Shown here one piece after another: positions 27,095-36,087 of a DNA stretch of 64,000 nucleotides. Position 1 is the first letter of the stretch. Every line of letters starts with the position of its first letter. The position numbers and the translations under genes are program-made. The stretch is from an uncultured Neisseria sp. GTDB lineage: Bacteria > Pseudomonadota > Gammaproteobacteria > Burkholderiales > Neisseriaceae. The notes beneath the pieces are model-generated. The model worked only from the letters and a program-made list of their open reading frames with translations. It was not told the origin of the DNA and made no database searches. The stretch lies in contig CAUOMQ010000001.1 in NCBI GenBank assembly GCA_963456805.1, positions 3,699-67,698 of the forward strand. The letters run 5' to 3'.

Positions 27095-29496
27095 TAAGCC
27101 CTCCGTGCTTTGTCGTCCATCATGCGGCGAAACATTGCCTCAAATTCGCGCAAACCGATTTGCAGCGCAGCCTCAATCTGCTGAGGATTACCGCCCGGCG
27201 CATTGATGGTTGGGTTGTAATTGATGGTCATCCCACCCGTTGACTGGGAGCTGCGCGCATCCGCAAATGCAGCGCGGCCAGATGATACCCGCGCCGCCAT
27301 TTGTCCCATATGGTTTGCAAAACCACTTTTCAGACGACCAGCCGTATTGGTCACAGAAGCGATTGGACGTGACGCACCTTTGTCTAAACCTATTTGCAGC
27401 CCCTCCATCATCCATCCGCCGAAACGTCGGAAAACACGGCTGGGCGAATGAATGCCCATTACACCGGCAAAAGTTTGCTTGAGAGATGCGGCCTGTTGTG
27501 CAAACCAAGTTTTGACCGATTCAATTTTTGATTTGAGACCGTTCCACAGCCCCTGGATGATATTGGCACCAAACTGGGTAAAGCTGGACGGCAACTGTAC
27601 GCCGAACCAAGACATAACAGAGGCAAACGACTGATAAAACAACCCTAACGGCGACCAGTTGATAATCTGCGCTGAGATATTGCCTATGCCGCTATTGAAA
27701 AATGCCTTGATGCGTTCCCAACACGTACCGAAAAAAGAGGCTATGGAATTAACTACGCCGCTGATGAAATTACTTAAATCTTGCCACAATGCTTTTGCAC
27801 CACCGACTACACCATCCCAGTTTTTATAAAGCATATAAGCGGCAACACCAAGAAGTGCTAAAGCAATGCCAATAGGCGACATTAATAAAAACCTACCCAG
27901 ACTCATCAGACCACTACCTAACAGTGTTGCCGCCGTTTTTACTACACCGAAAATACGGACCAGCGCACCAATGCCTGATTTAAACCTGATAACAGTGGCA
28001 AGCCAGTCAACGCCGAGCAAGGCTTTTGCAAGCCTGAACGACACCATCAACCCGGACAACTCATTCCCGACAAAACGGAACATTAGCCCACCGACCTTCA
28101 ACGCCGCGAACCCTGCCGCAAGATGCACGAGTGCGGATACAACTTCGGGATTTTTTGATGCCCAATCTGCAAAACTGTTTATAATCGGGCGGATGGTCGT
28201 CATCAGCTGATTGAGCGCGGGCAACAATACACTGCCCGCTGTGATACCGATTTCCGTCAAACTATTTTTAAAGATTTGCCAGTTGTTTGCTGTCGTGGCA
28301 GACCTGGCGGCAAACTCTTTATCCATACTGCCGATAAACGCAGGTTTACCGTCTTTTGAGGTTTTTTTGAGTTCATTGATTGATTTCTTATAGGTCTCCA
28401 ACCCGCCAACCAATACCGCGACATCATCGGCATATTCCAAGCCGAACAAATCAACCAGTGCGCCCATTTGGTTTTCTTTAGGCAGTTTTCCGACCTGTTT
28501 CAAAAAGTCCATCAACGCCTGCTCGCCGTTTTCCTTGATGGCTTTCTTCAAATCTTTTGATTCCATCCCCATATTTTTCAGGGCTTTTTGGAATTTCGCT
28601 CCTTGCTTATCCGCAGTCATCAATTTGGTCAACATACCGTTAATTGCCGTACCGGCGATTTCAGGCGTTTTGCCTAGGCTGATAAACGCATTGGATAAAG
28701 AGGTCGTCTGAATTTCAGTCAACCCAAACTGTTTGGCAACGCCCCCCACTCGACCGAGCGTATTGATAATATCGCCCGCCTTGGCAGGGCTTGAGTTGGA
28801 CAAATGATTGACTGCATCGCCCAGTTTGCCGATTTGGTCGATTGGTATCTGATAGACATTGGCAAGTTTTGCCATGCTGTCACCTGCCTGATCGGCAGCC
28901 ATGTCGAACGCTACCGACATCTTGGCGATGGTCTCTGTGAATTTAGGCAAGTCTTTGCGCGCCACGCCCAGCTGACCGCCTGATGCAGTGATTTTTGCCA
29001 GCTCTGCCCCTGCCATAGGGATAGTGCGTGTCAGGCGTAAAATGTCCTGTTCCATTTCCTTAAACTGCTTGGGCGTATCAAAATCAACGACCTTTTTGAC
29101 ATCTGCCATTGCCGATTCAAATTCGACGGCCAGTTTCACCGGGAATGCCACCCCTGCTACAGCTCCGGCTGCTCCCCAAAATTCGTCTTTGATCGCGCGG
29201 CGGCGGTCGTAATGAGCCTGTTTCTGCTGCTGCAAATCAGCAACGAGGCTGCGTTTGCGGTTGATTTTGGCGATAGTCTGACCAAGCTGGTCATATTCTC
29301 GTCTAAGTTCACCAACACGTTTGCGGCTCATCCGTAGAGGATTTTGCAACGTTTCGCCAAGCAGGCTTTGCCGTGCCGCCAAACCTTTGACTGTTTTATC
29401 CAAAACATCCAAAGACGACTTGACTGATTTGATACCGGCAACTGCACCGCCTACCGATGCGCCGATGGTAATGCCTAAAGAAAAACCGCTTGCCAT
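27091..29496 (-). CDS. Tail tape measure protein
   Basis: 801 aa, helical and low-complexity with central hydrophobic segments. It lies downstream of the chaperone pair. Confidence 0.85.
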   Translation of the reverse strand: MASGFSLGITIGASVGGAVAGIKSVKSSLDVLDKTVKGLAARQSLLGETLQNPLRMSRKRVGELRREYDQLGQTIAKINRKRSLVADLQQQKQAHYDRRRAIKDEFWGAAGAVAGVAFPVKLAVEFESAMADVKKVVDFDTPKQFKEMEQDILRLTRTIPMAGAELAKITASGGQLGVARKDLPKFTETIAKMSVAFDMAADQAGDSMAKLANVYQIPIDQIGKLGDAVNHLSNSSPAKAGDIINTLGRVGGVAKQFGLTEIQTTSLSNAFISLGKTPEIAGTAINGMLTKLMTADKQGAKFQKALKNMGMESKDLKKAIKENGEQALMDFLKQVGKLPKENQMGALVDLFGLEYADDVAVLVGGLETYKKSINELKKTSKDGKPAFIGSMDKEFAARSATTANNWQIFKNSLTEIGITAGSVLLPALNQLMTTIRPIINSFADWASKNPEVVSALVHLAAGFAALKVGGLMFRFVGNELSGLMVSFRLAKALLGVDWLATVIRFKSGIGALVRIFGVVKTAATLLGSGLMSLGRFLLMSPIGIALALLGVAAYMLYKNWDGVVGGAKALWQDLSNFISGVVNSIASFFGTCWERIKAFFNSGIGNISAQIINWSPLGLFYQSFASVMSWFGVQLPSSFTQFGANIIQGLWNGLKSKIESVKTWFAQQAASLKQTFAGVMGIHSPSRVFRRFGGWMMEGLQIGLDKGASRPIASVTNTAGRLKSGFANHMGQMAARVSSGRAAFADARSSQSTGGMTINYNPTINAPGGNPQQIEAALQIGLREFEAMFRRMMDDKARRAY

Positions 29497-29518
29497 ATGA
29501 CTGCCTGCAATTTAGAAT
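29490..29518 (+). promoter_or_regulatory. Near-consensus sigma70 promoter for the reverse-oriented moron
   Basis: TTGCCA (29490-29495), 17 nt, TAGAAT (29513-29518), overlapping the tape-measure start on the other strand. Confidence 0.45.
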
Positions 29519-29538
29519 TTGTTCAAGAAAAGAAAGGG

Positions 29539-29850
29539 ATGTCCATGTATATCAACAGCAAATATGAAACTGTGTTTGACCGCGTCAGCGACCTGGCGGC
29601 AAAAGGTCTGTTTGCCGTTTATATGCTGGGCATTGCTTGGGCTGTTATAACTAATACGCCTGCCGACCTTGCCGTCATGTTGCCCGTTCTGCTGCTGGCA
29701 TGTTTTTTAGGGGCAATAGCTTGGTTGCTTGTCGGATTCATTCCTACGTTTATTGTCGGAGTGCTGGTTGGAGGTTTATCGGCTGCAACAATATTTATTA
29801 AAGACAAAATCAAAAGCCGTACCGCGAACGGCACGGCTCTGAAATTCTAA
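29539..29850 (+). CDS. Small integral membrane protein, antisense-oriented moron in the tail operon
   Basis: The track ORF starts at 29497. I prefer ATG 29539 (MSMYINSKY.., GAAAGGG upstream). It has three hydrophobic helices and a basic C-terminus. Confidence 0.55.
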   Translation: MSMYINSKYETVFDRVSDLAAKGLFAVYMLGIAWAVITNTPADLAVMLPVLLLACFLGAIAWLLVGFIPTFIVGVLVGGLSAATIFIKDKIKSRTANGTALKF

Positions 29851-29866
29851 ATCCCGCCTCTTCGAT

Positions 29867-29899
29867 AACCCGCCTTCATTTGGCGGGTTGCTTCTTTCT
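29867..29899 (+). terminator. Rho-independent terminator of the moron
   Basis: AACCCGCC-TTCATTT-GGCGGGTT followed by a T-rich tract. Confidence 0.6.
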
Positions 29900-30318
29900 G
29901 CCAGTCTTCAAATTCATCCAGAGGCAGCGTATAAACCTCATACACGCCCCAACCGAACCACCATGCCAAATCAGCAGCGGCAGACAGCAACTGCCGCTGC
30001 GCTTCAGACTTTGAAAGAGGTGGACTATTTGTTTTGGTCGGATTCCGTGAATCGGCGAAACGTTTCCTGCAACTGTTTCCAGTCCACCAAATCCAAGCAA
30101 TCCAAGTCTTCGGGAATCATGCCTGTCATACGGGCAAACAGGGCCAGCTCCTGCTCTGCCTCATTCGTCAGATGCGAGACGGCGCGCAAATCACCCACAC
30201 ACAGACGGCGGACGGTTACCTGATCCAACATCTGACCCGTCGCCAGTCTGACCGGATATTTCAGTTTCACAACGGTATTTACACCCAAATCTTCTTGCAA
30301 CTGCTTGGCTTCATTCAT
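29876..30318 (-). CDS. Putative -1 frameshift extension product of the tail assembly chaperone (gpE+E' / gpGT analogue)
   Basis: ORF 29876-30100 overlaps the 3' end of the chaperone gene and is in its -1 frame by coordinate arithmetic. The position before the tape measure gene is canonical. I did not identify a slippery site. Confidence 0.5.
30025..30318 (-). CDS. Tail assembly chaperone (P2 gpE-like)
   Basis: 97 aa, acidic, between the tube and tape measure genes, with an overlapping -1 frame ORF. Confidence 0.78.
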   Translation of the reverse strand: MNEAKQLQEDLGVNTVVKLKYPVRLATGQMLDQVTVRRLCVGDLRAVSHLTNEAEQELALFARMTGMIPEDLDCLDLVDWKQLQETFRRFTESDQNK

Positions 30319-30350
30319 TTTCTATCTCCAAAACGTTTATAAAAATAAAA

Positions 30351-30424
30351 AATCACCGTATCGGTAAAGGATACGGTGATTATGTCAAAGGTCGTCTGAA
30401 ACGGCTTTTAATCCGATTTAAAGA
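30351..30424 (-). promoter_or_regulatory. Late-leader module copy downstream of the tube gene (hairpin + T-run terminator)
   Basis: Sense strand: ATTAAAAGCCGTTTCAGACGACCTTT-GACATA-ATCACCGTATC/CTTTACC/GATACGGTGAT-TTTTTATTTTT, followed by SD GGAG and the chaperone ATG. Confidence 0.65.
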
Positions 30425-30940
30425 TTAAGCGCCAATGTTTTTACGCATTTGGTTCAAAACGTCCTGACCGTCCACGCGGTAGATGTTTTTGAACGCGTTG
30501 TAGTACAGCACTTCACGACCGCCGACGACTTGGCGGACTTCTGTTGCCTGGTAGGTTGAGCTGAATTCCGCCTTTTCCTTCGGCTTATAACCGCCCAAGG
30601 CATTTTTTGAAAACATTGCTGTTACCGTGGTAACAATAGGAACTTCTTCCGCCAAACCTGCTGCATTAAAGGTTTGCAGGTTACCGCGTACCATCAGTTG
30701 CACGGCCTTGAATGGGTTGGATGCCTTTTTCGCCACCTCGGGATAAAAGCTGTTCCAAGTAACTTCGCCTTCCAGTGCCTCAACGCCGTTTGGCAGTTTG
30801 ATGGTACCGACCATACCCAGACCGGTATGGTCGTCCTGACCAAACTCAAACTCAGGCAGCTTAAACTCGGAAGCATTACCCAAAAGGCTGTTACCGTCGA
30901 TATAGATGTTGGCATTGTAGATTGCATTGATTGCAGACAT
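30425..30940 (-). CDS. Tail tube protein (Mu M / P2 FII-like)
   Basis: 171 aa, directly after the sheath gene. Confidence 0.85.
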   Translation of the reverse strand: MSAINAIYNANIYIDGNSLLGNASEFKLPEFEFGQDDHTGLGMVGTIKLPNGVEALEGEVTWNSFYPEVAKKASNPFKAVQLMVRGNLQTFNAAGLAEEVPIVTTVTAMFSKNALGGYKPKEKAEFSSTYQATEVRQVVGGREVLYYNAFKNIYRVDGQDVLNQMRKNIGA

Positions 30941-30962
30941 ATTTCTTCCTTTTCAGACGACC

Positions 30963-32357
30963 TTAGTTAGCCGATACCAGATTGACAAGATACTTGCGGG
31001 TCATCACGCTGGCATTGGTCAGACGCTCGGCCGGCAGTTTAGGCGTGTAGTCGTAAACAATCGGCACTTGGCCCTTACTGAACGCATCCGGAAGGTCGTA
31101 GTCATAGTCCAAACCAACCGAGAAACCCACGATGGAGGGCAGCGTACCCAAATAAGTACGAACCGTCTCAATCAAACTGTCGATTAACGCATCATCAATC
31201 GGTTTGTCGACATATTGCAGCTCAGCACGACGGATAGACTCGTCAATAATGTCGCCGGTGCGTTGTGCCACTTCGAAATTTTTAATATGCGATGTAGTCG
31301 GGAAGCAGGCAAGGCGGTTCCCCCACATTCGATAGCCCGTGCCATAGCTGTTGAATACAGTCGTAATGCCTTTTTCATTCAGACGGTTGGTTTCAGACTG
31401 TGGGTCGTCCGCACGGGCGGTCAGACCGATTTCCACACCCGTTACGCCCAAGAGCTCGCGGTTGGAGATGCTGAACCAGTAGCCCTGTTCCACATCGGTT
31501 TTCATTCGCAATCCTGCCGCATGGGTGGCAAGGTTTTCAAGACCGAGCAAACCGACGACATGTGGATAAAAGAGCTGGCAGCGGTCGGACGATGTCTGAA
31601 AATTAATCGTACCCAACGGACCACGACCTTCGAGAGCTTTGCTCAGGCTCGTACCTTGCGGAGCAGCCACATAAGCAATGGCCTTCAGCTTGCCCGCAAT
31701 GACTTCCATCGCCGCGCGCACATTGGCATGGCGATCAAAATCAGGCGCAATAATGATTTTGGCGTCCGCGCCTTGGCGGTTGAATCCTTCCGTCAGCAGC
31801 TCTAATCCGGTCCGTTTGCCTGTAGCGGCAACGTAAGCACCAATGATGTCGGCAGCCGGAACCTTGGTCGGGTCGGTATAGGTATAACTGATTTTGGGCG
31901 AGTTAGGTTTGGTTTTGTAGGTAATCTCACCTGTCAGGGTGTTGATGGTGTAGTGCGTGTTTTCGGTCAGCGTATTGCCGCCGTCCGTCAGTGTGTAGCC
32001 GCTTTGCAGAGCAGGCTTGGCAGTTTTGGCCGTCAAGGTGTCAGGATCAACCGTCAATACTTCGTTGCTGACGCTTGTCTTATGTTTGGCGGGGTCGCAA
32101 ACATTGACGACATAGGCGACACCGCTGCCGTAGCGCGTCCAAATGTGTGCGGCATCCGGCAGGGTAAAGCCTTGAGCGGTCAGCTCACCGCCGAATTGGC
32201 CAAAGTCTTTCTTCGTTTGACATACCGTCAGCTCATTGACCGCTCCGACCGGCGCAGTGCCGATTATGGCGGTAATTGCGCCGTCAACGGTATAGACGGG
32301 ATTGGAGCCGCCGTCGATGCGAATGGTCTCCGTGCCGTGATGGTAGGCTGCTGCCAT
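30963..32357 (-). CDS. Contractile tail sheath protein (Mu L-like)
   Basis: 464 aa in the canonical position, with overall resemblance to the sheath family. Confidence 0.88.
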   Translation of the reverse strand: MAAAYHHGTETIRIDGGSNPVYTVDGAITAIIGTAPVGAVNELTVCQTKKDFGQFGGELTAQGFTLPDAAHIWTRYGSGVAYVVNVCDPAKHKTSVSNEVLTVDPDTLTAKTAKPALQSGYTLTDGGNTLTENTHYTINTLTGEITYKTKPNSPKISYTYTDPTKVPAADIIGAYVAATGKRTGLELLTEGFNRQGADAKIIIAPDFDRHANVRAAMEVIAGKLKAIAYVAAPQGTSLSKALEGRGPLGTINFQTSSDRCQLFYPHVVGLLGLENLATHAAGLRMKTDVEQGYWFSISNRELLGVTGVEIGLTARADDPQSETNRLNEKGITTVFNSYGTGYRMWGNRLACFPTTSHIKNFEVAQRTGDIIDESIRRAELQYVDKPIDDALIDSLIETVRTYLGTLPSIVGFSVGLDYDYDLPDAFSKGQVPIVYDYTPKLPAERLTNASVMTRKYLVNLVSAN

Positions 32358-32368
32358 TATGGATACTC

Positions 32369-32866
32369 CTATTTTTTAGGTTTTAAATCGGGATTGAGGT
32401 CTTGGTCGGGGCGGCGGTAGGCGGCGGCATTGAAGAGGGGACGTTTTTCCTCACGGCAGACTTCAACCTGCTGAGTCTCAGTCTGCAAGACAAGCTGATA
32501 CTGCCATGCGCCCGCATCCTCAGCTAAAAACTCCTCACTGATCAGGTGGCAGGGCTGGCAGTTCGGCGGCGCAAAACCAACCATAGCAAGACGTGTCTCA
32601 TCTAAAATCACCAGCGTGCCGTCATCCGCATTAAGGCTGCTGCCAAAAACGGTCAACATCAGCCTGACATCGCGCTGCTGCGCAATACGACCGAGCTGCT
32701 CGATTTCGCCAAATTTGCTGCCGCCGTAGCCGACCAAGATTGCCCCGACGGGATGGATAAATTGGTATTCGGACGGACGCTCGGGGAAAGCCTCAACGCT
32801 GACCCACGGGATAGCGGCCTGCAAATGCTCTACTACCGCATCAATAATCGGACGTGTCGCGCTCAT
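32369..32866 (-). CDS. Mu gp37-like head-tail joining protein
   Basis: 165 aa. Position and N-terminus (MSATRPIIDAVVEHL..) resemble the Gp37 family. Confidence 0.65.
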   Translation of the reverse strand: MSATRPIIDAVVEHLQAAIPWVSVEAFPERPSEYQFIHPVGAILVGYGGSKFGEIEQLGRIAQQRDVRLMLTVFGSSLNADDGTLVILDETRLAMVGFAPPNCQPCHLISEEFLAEDAGAWQYQLVLQTETQQVEVCREEKRPLFNAAAYRRPDQDLNPDLKPKK

Positions 32867-33291
32867 CAGTAGCCTCCCAAATCCATTTTGTCGCGCACTC
32901 GGACGTGATATGCGCCCGGCTCAGGTTGCGACAGCTTGTCCAATGTGGCGATACCGATATGGATTTTGCCGTCGCGGATAGACTCAAGTGTTTTAATCGT
33001 CGTGTTGTAGGCGGTTTCCAGCGGTTTCGGAAAGTCGGCGCGGTTGATTCGGCGGCTGTGCAAAAAATGGCGGGCAATGTTGATGCATAAAGGCTGCAAC
33101 ACCGTCGGCGTTTCCGCCAAAGGCAGCACATATCTGCCACGCAGGTATCCGTCCACCAAATCGCAGGCATAACGCACTGCCGCATCAATGACCTGAGCGT
33201 CGGGTTCCGTCCCGCGCGCATTGTCGTTGGTCAGTTGCACCAACTCCATTTTGCCCATCGCAGCCGTCAAATCATCCGCGCCGATATACAT
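32866..33291 (-). CDS. Mu gp36-like protein (DUF1320-type)
   Basis: 141 aa. ..DLVDGYLRGRY.LP.. is typical of the family as I recall it. Confidence 0.65.
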   Translation of the reverse strand: MYIGADDLTAAMGKMELVQLTNDNARGTEPDAQVIDAAVRYACDLVDGYLRGRYVLPLAETPTVLQPLCINIARHFLHSRRINRADFPKPLETAYNTTIKTLESIRDGKIHIGIATLDKLSQPEPGAYHVRVRDKMDLGGY

Positions 33292-33294
33292 GGC

Positions 33295-33576
33295 TTACTC
33301 CGCCTCTTCGGCTGCTGCCGGTTTTTTACCGCGTTTCGGCTTTTCAACTTCGCCCGCAGTACCTGCATCATCTGACGGCGTATCTTCGGACGGTGGGGTG
33401 TCATTTTGTTGCGCATCCAGTTCTTCGCCGGTTGTCAGTGTCGGGGTAACGTGTGCCGCGACTGATTCGTACTGTTCCGGCGTTAATTCGACCGCTTCGC
33501 CAGCTTCGACGCGAAATTGGTTGCCTTGGGTGTTTTCCAAAATCAACGGAGTGTTTGCAATATAAACTTTAGCCAT
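33295..33576 (-). CDS. Hypothetical acidic head-module protein
   Basis: 93-aa ORF packed between head genes. Confidence 0.5.
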   Translation of the reverse strand: MAKVYIANTPLILENTQGNQFRVEAGEAVELTPEQYESVAAHVTPTLTTGEELDAQQNDTPPSEDTPSDDAGTAGEVEKPKRGKKPAAAEEAE

Positions 33577-33578
33577 GA

Positions 33579-33917
33579 TCAGCCTTTCAAGAATACTTGG
33601 ATGACTTCGCCCGCCGCAGTTGCCGCAGAGCGCGCCGTACCGGCAATCTTGGCATTACCTGCCGCCTTGACTGCCGCGCCTTGCGCATCGGCTGCTACTT
33701 CATCGCCGACGGCAATCGTGCCGCCTGCCTCGACTAAGGCGATACCCAATACATCGACAGCCAACATTTCGCCCGCATCCGCATCCAAAGTAGCAGTACC
33801 CAGCACTTTCACACCGGCGGCTGCCTGTTTGCCTGCGAAATCCACAAAGCGGTTTTTGACCACCTTGCCTGATGTTTTGACCGTGGTTACCAAGACCACT
33901 TGTTTCGTTTGTGCCAT
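33579..33917 (-). CDS. DUF2190-type small capsid-associated (decoration/cement-like) protein
   Basis: Start placed at ATG 33917 (MAQTKQ.., SD GGAGAG). It is Ala/Gly/Val-rich, 112 aa, and immediately after the major capsid gene. Confidence 0.65.
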   Translation of the reverse strand: MAQTKQVVLVTTVKTSGKVVKNRFVDFAGKQAAAGVKVLGTATLDADAGEMLAVDVLGIALVEAGGTIAVGDEVAADAQGAAVKAAGNAKIAGTARSAATAAGEVIQVFLKG

Positions 33918-33965
33918 TTTTCTCTCCACAGGTCGTCTGAAGCCTTTCAGACGACCTTTTACTTA

Positions 33966-34904
33966 TCAAGCAACCGCGTTTTCGAACAGGAAACCGCATG
34001 CACCGCCGACCACCGCCGCTTTGCGGATGTCGGTATAGCGCGCGTATTCCACCTTGCCGCCGACTTCTTCGTAGCGGTCGACTACCGGCATACCGCGACG
34101 GCGGAAGGTATAACCGAAGCTCGGCTCACCCTCGTCATTGCCACCGGAAGCCGTATGCGGACGCACAATCAGGCTGGCGAATTTGCCCCAAATATCTTGG
34201 GTGGCCTTATTGGCGGCAGGCGTAGATACCGCCTCGCCGACGATGATGTCGTCCAGCTCCAGCAGATTTTTCAGCTGCTCGACCGTGAGCAGGGACTTGC
34301 GTTCGTTTGCACCCAGCGCACCGATGAGCTTCTCGTGGCGTTTCAATGCCGCCAACACGCTTGCACCGACCACCAGCACCGACGGGCGTACACCGCAGCC
34401 GGCACGCACCGTTTCGCGGGCGGTTTCGATGTCTGCCAACGGATCAGAGTTTTTATCGCTCCATTTTTGGGTGGCGGCCAAGTCTTTGCTGAAACCGGAC
34501 TGATAAGCCGATTTGTTTTGCAGGAGGGCGGCAGTTTCGATTTCCTGACGCAGCTGCACGCCCTTGACCGCACGGCGTGTTGCCTTGGCGCGCTCGTCGT
34601 ACATGGATTCTGCTTGTTCGCGGTAATCCACACCGGCGGCCAAATCATGCTCTTCCAACACGACCGGCATAAAGCTTGGCGAGTCCAGCGTAATCACATT
34701 CGATGCCGCACCGACCGCACGTTCGGTCTGATACTCGACAAACGAACCCTTGCCGAACACCGGCACACGCACGCCTTCTTTTTCAGTAAACACCACCGGG
34801 AAGATTTTCTCGGCAATAAAATCCGCCTGCTTGTAGCCCAGTGCGAGATTGGTCAAAACCGGATCAAGCTGGCCGCGCAGGCCGCGCAAATGAGATGCAC
34901 TCAT
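33966..34904 (-). CDS. Major capsid protein (Mu T-like)
   Basis: 312 aa, directly downstream of the protease/scaffold gene. Confidence 0.85.
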   Translation of the reverse strand: MSASHLRGLRGQLDPVLTNLALGYKQADFIAEKIFPVVFTEKEGVRVPVFGKGSFVEYQTERAVGAASNVITLDSPSFMPVVLEEHDLAAGVDYREQAESMYDERAKATRRAVKGVQLRQEIETAALLQNKSAYQSGFSKDLAATQKWSDKNSDPLADIETARETVRAGCGVRPSVLVVGASVLAALKRHEKLIGALGANERKSLLTVEQLKNLLELDDIIVGEAVSTPAANKATQDIWGKFASLIVRPHTASGGNDEGEPSFGYTFRRRGMPVVDRYEEVGGKVEYARYTDIRKAAVVGGACGFLFENAVA

Positions 34905-34922
34905 GTTTTATCCTTTTTTAGG

Positions 34923-34950
34923 TCAAATGCGACGACATCGTCGCATTTGA
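34923..34950. repeat. Phage palindrome copy 1 (TCAAATGCGACGACATCGTCGCATTTGA)
   Basis: Near-perfect palindrome between the I-like stop and the capsid gene SD. Related copies lie at 41531 and 44206. Confidence 0.85.
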
Positions 34951-34962
34951 CGGGTTGATGAT

Positions 34963-36087
34963 TTAAGCAATAGTACGGCGGGCAGCCTCTTCGTAAGGGA
35001 TACCTTCCTTCGCCGCCAATGCCAATGCACGTTGGTGATGGCTCAAGGCTTCCGGGTCCGACGCTTCGGCAAAGTCTGCCGCCAATCCCGACGGCGTTTC
35101 ACCTTTAGCCATCTCGCCGCCCTGAATCTGCTTGGGCAGCACGGCAGTAAAAAACGCACGCAGCGCAGCAGACAAAGGCTGCTTCTTACTGCCTTCGCCG
35201 AAGTCGGCAGTTACGTCGTCAGGGTATTCGGCAAAATCCAAAACCTTGACGACCAAATCCTTGTCGGCAGGTTTCAGACGACCTTCTTTAACCAAGCCTT
35301 CAGCAAATTCGGCATTCTGCTCATGCGCACCATCGCGCAGGGCGGTATGCTGCTCGTCTTGCAGCTTTTTCAATTCCGCTTGCGATTCGGCGGCCTTCTT
35401 CTCGGCAGCTTCGCGGGCGGCCTTTTCGGCTGCAAGTTCTTGTTCCAGCGACATAGGGGTCTCCTTGTTTTCATGGTTTTCTGGGGGTGGGGGTGATTCG
35501 GTAAATTCGGCAGGCGCATGGGTTTGAGGCACGGCAGCCAATTCTTTAATTGCCTCAATTTGCCAGTCAGGCAGCACTTTATCGGCTTCTTCCAGACCGA
35601 AACGGCCGATAAACCAGTCTCTGAAACGGCTTAATAACGAGGCTGTCTGAAGGTGTGCGTCTTCGGCAAACTCGACATAAACTTCGCCCTCGGCAAAACT
35701 GATGGCGGACAAACCCTTGACTGCGGGCGGTTGCGCGCCCAAAAAGCCGACATGGCGTAGCGTCCAAACACCCGGTTTAGGATTGTTCGGGCTGGTTGGC
35801 GGGTAAAAACTTGCCGACACTTTTTTATATCGTCCGGCTTTAACCAAATCCGCAAAGCCTTCATCAACTTGGGCAAAGTCCGCCGTCAGCACGCCGTTTT
35901 GCACACCAAGCGACTTGACCCAGCCGTAGGCGGGCGCATCTGCCTTGGGATGCCCGACCACAATAGGAGCCTCATGCACCTTCGGGTCATATGCTTGGGC
36001 AGCGGCAGCAAGGTCGGCCTCGGTAATCGTTACCGTATTGCCGTTTGCATCGGTACGCGTCCCTGCACGGAAAATTTCGTAAGACAT
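34963..36087 (-). CDS. Mu I-like head protease/scaffold protein
   Basis: 374 aa. The N-terminal domain (..APIVVGHPK.DAPAYGWV..) is like Mu-like prophage I proteins, and the C-terminus is a charged scaffold-like region. Confidence 0.82.
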   Translation of the reverse strand: MSYEIFRAGTRTDANGNTVTITEADLAAAAQAYDPKVHEAPIVVGHPKADAPAYGWVKSLGVQNGVLTADFAQVDEGFADLVKAGRYKKVSASFYPPTSPNNPKPGVWTLRHVGFLGAQPPAVKGLSAISFAEGEVYVEFAEDAHLQTASLLSRFRDWFIGRFGLEEADKVLPDWQIEAIKELAAVPQTHAPAEFTESPPPPENHENKETPMSLEQELAAEKAAREAAEKKAAESQAELKKLQDEQHTALRDGAHEQNAEFAEGLVKEGRLKPADKDLVVKVLDFAEYPDDVTADFGEGSKKQPLSAALRAFFTAVLPKQIQGGEMAKGETPSGLAADFAEASDPEALSHHQRALALAAKEGIPYEEAARRTIA

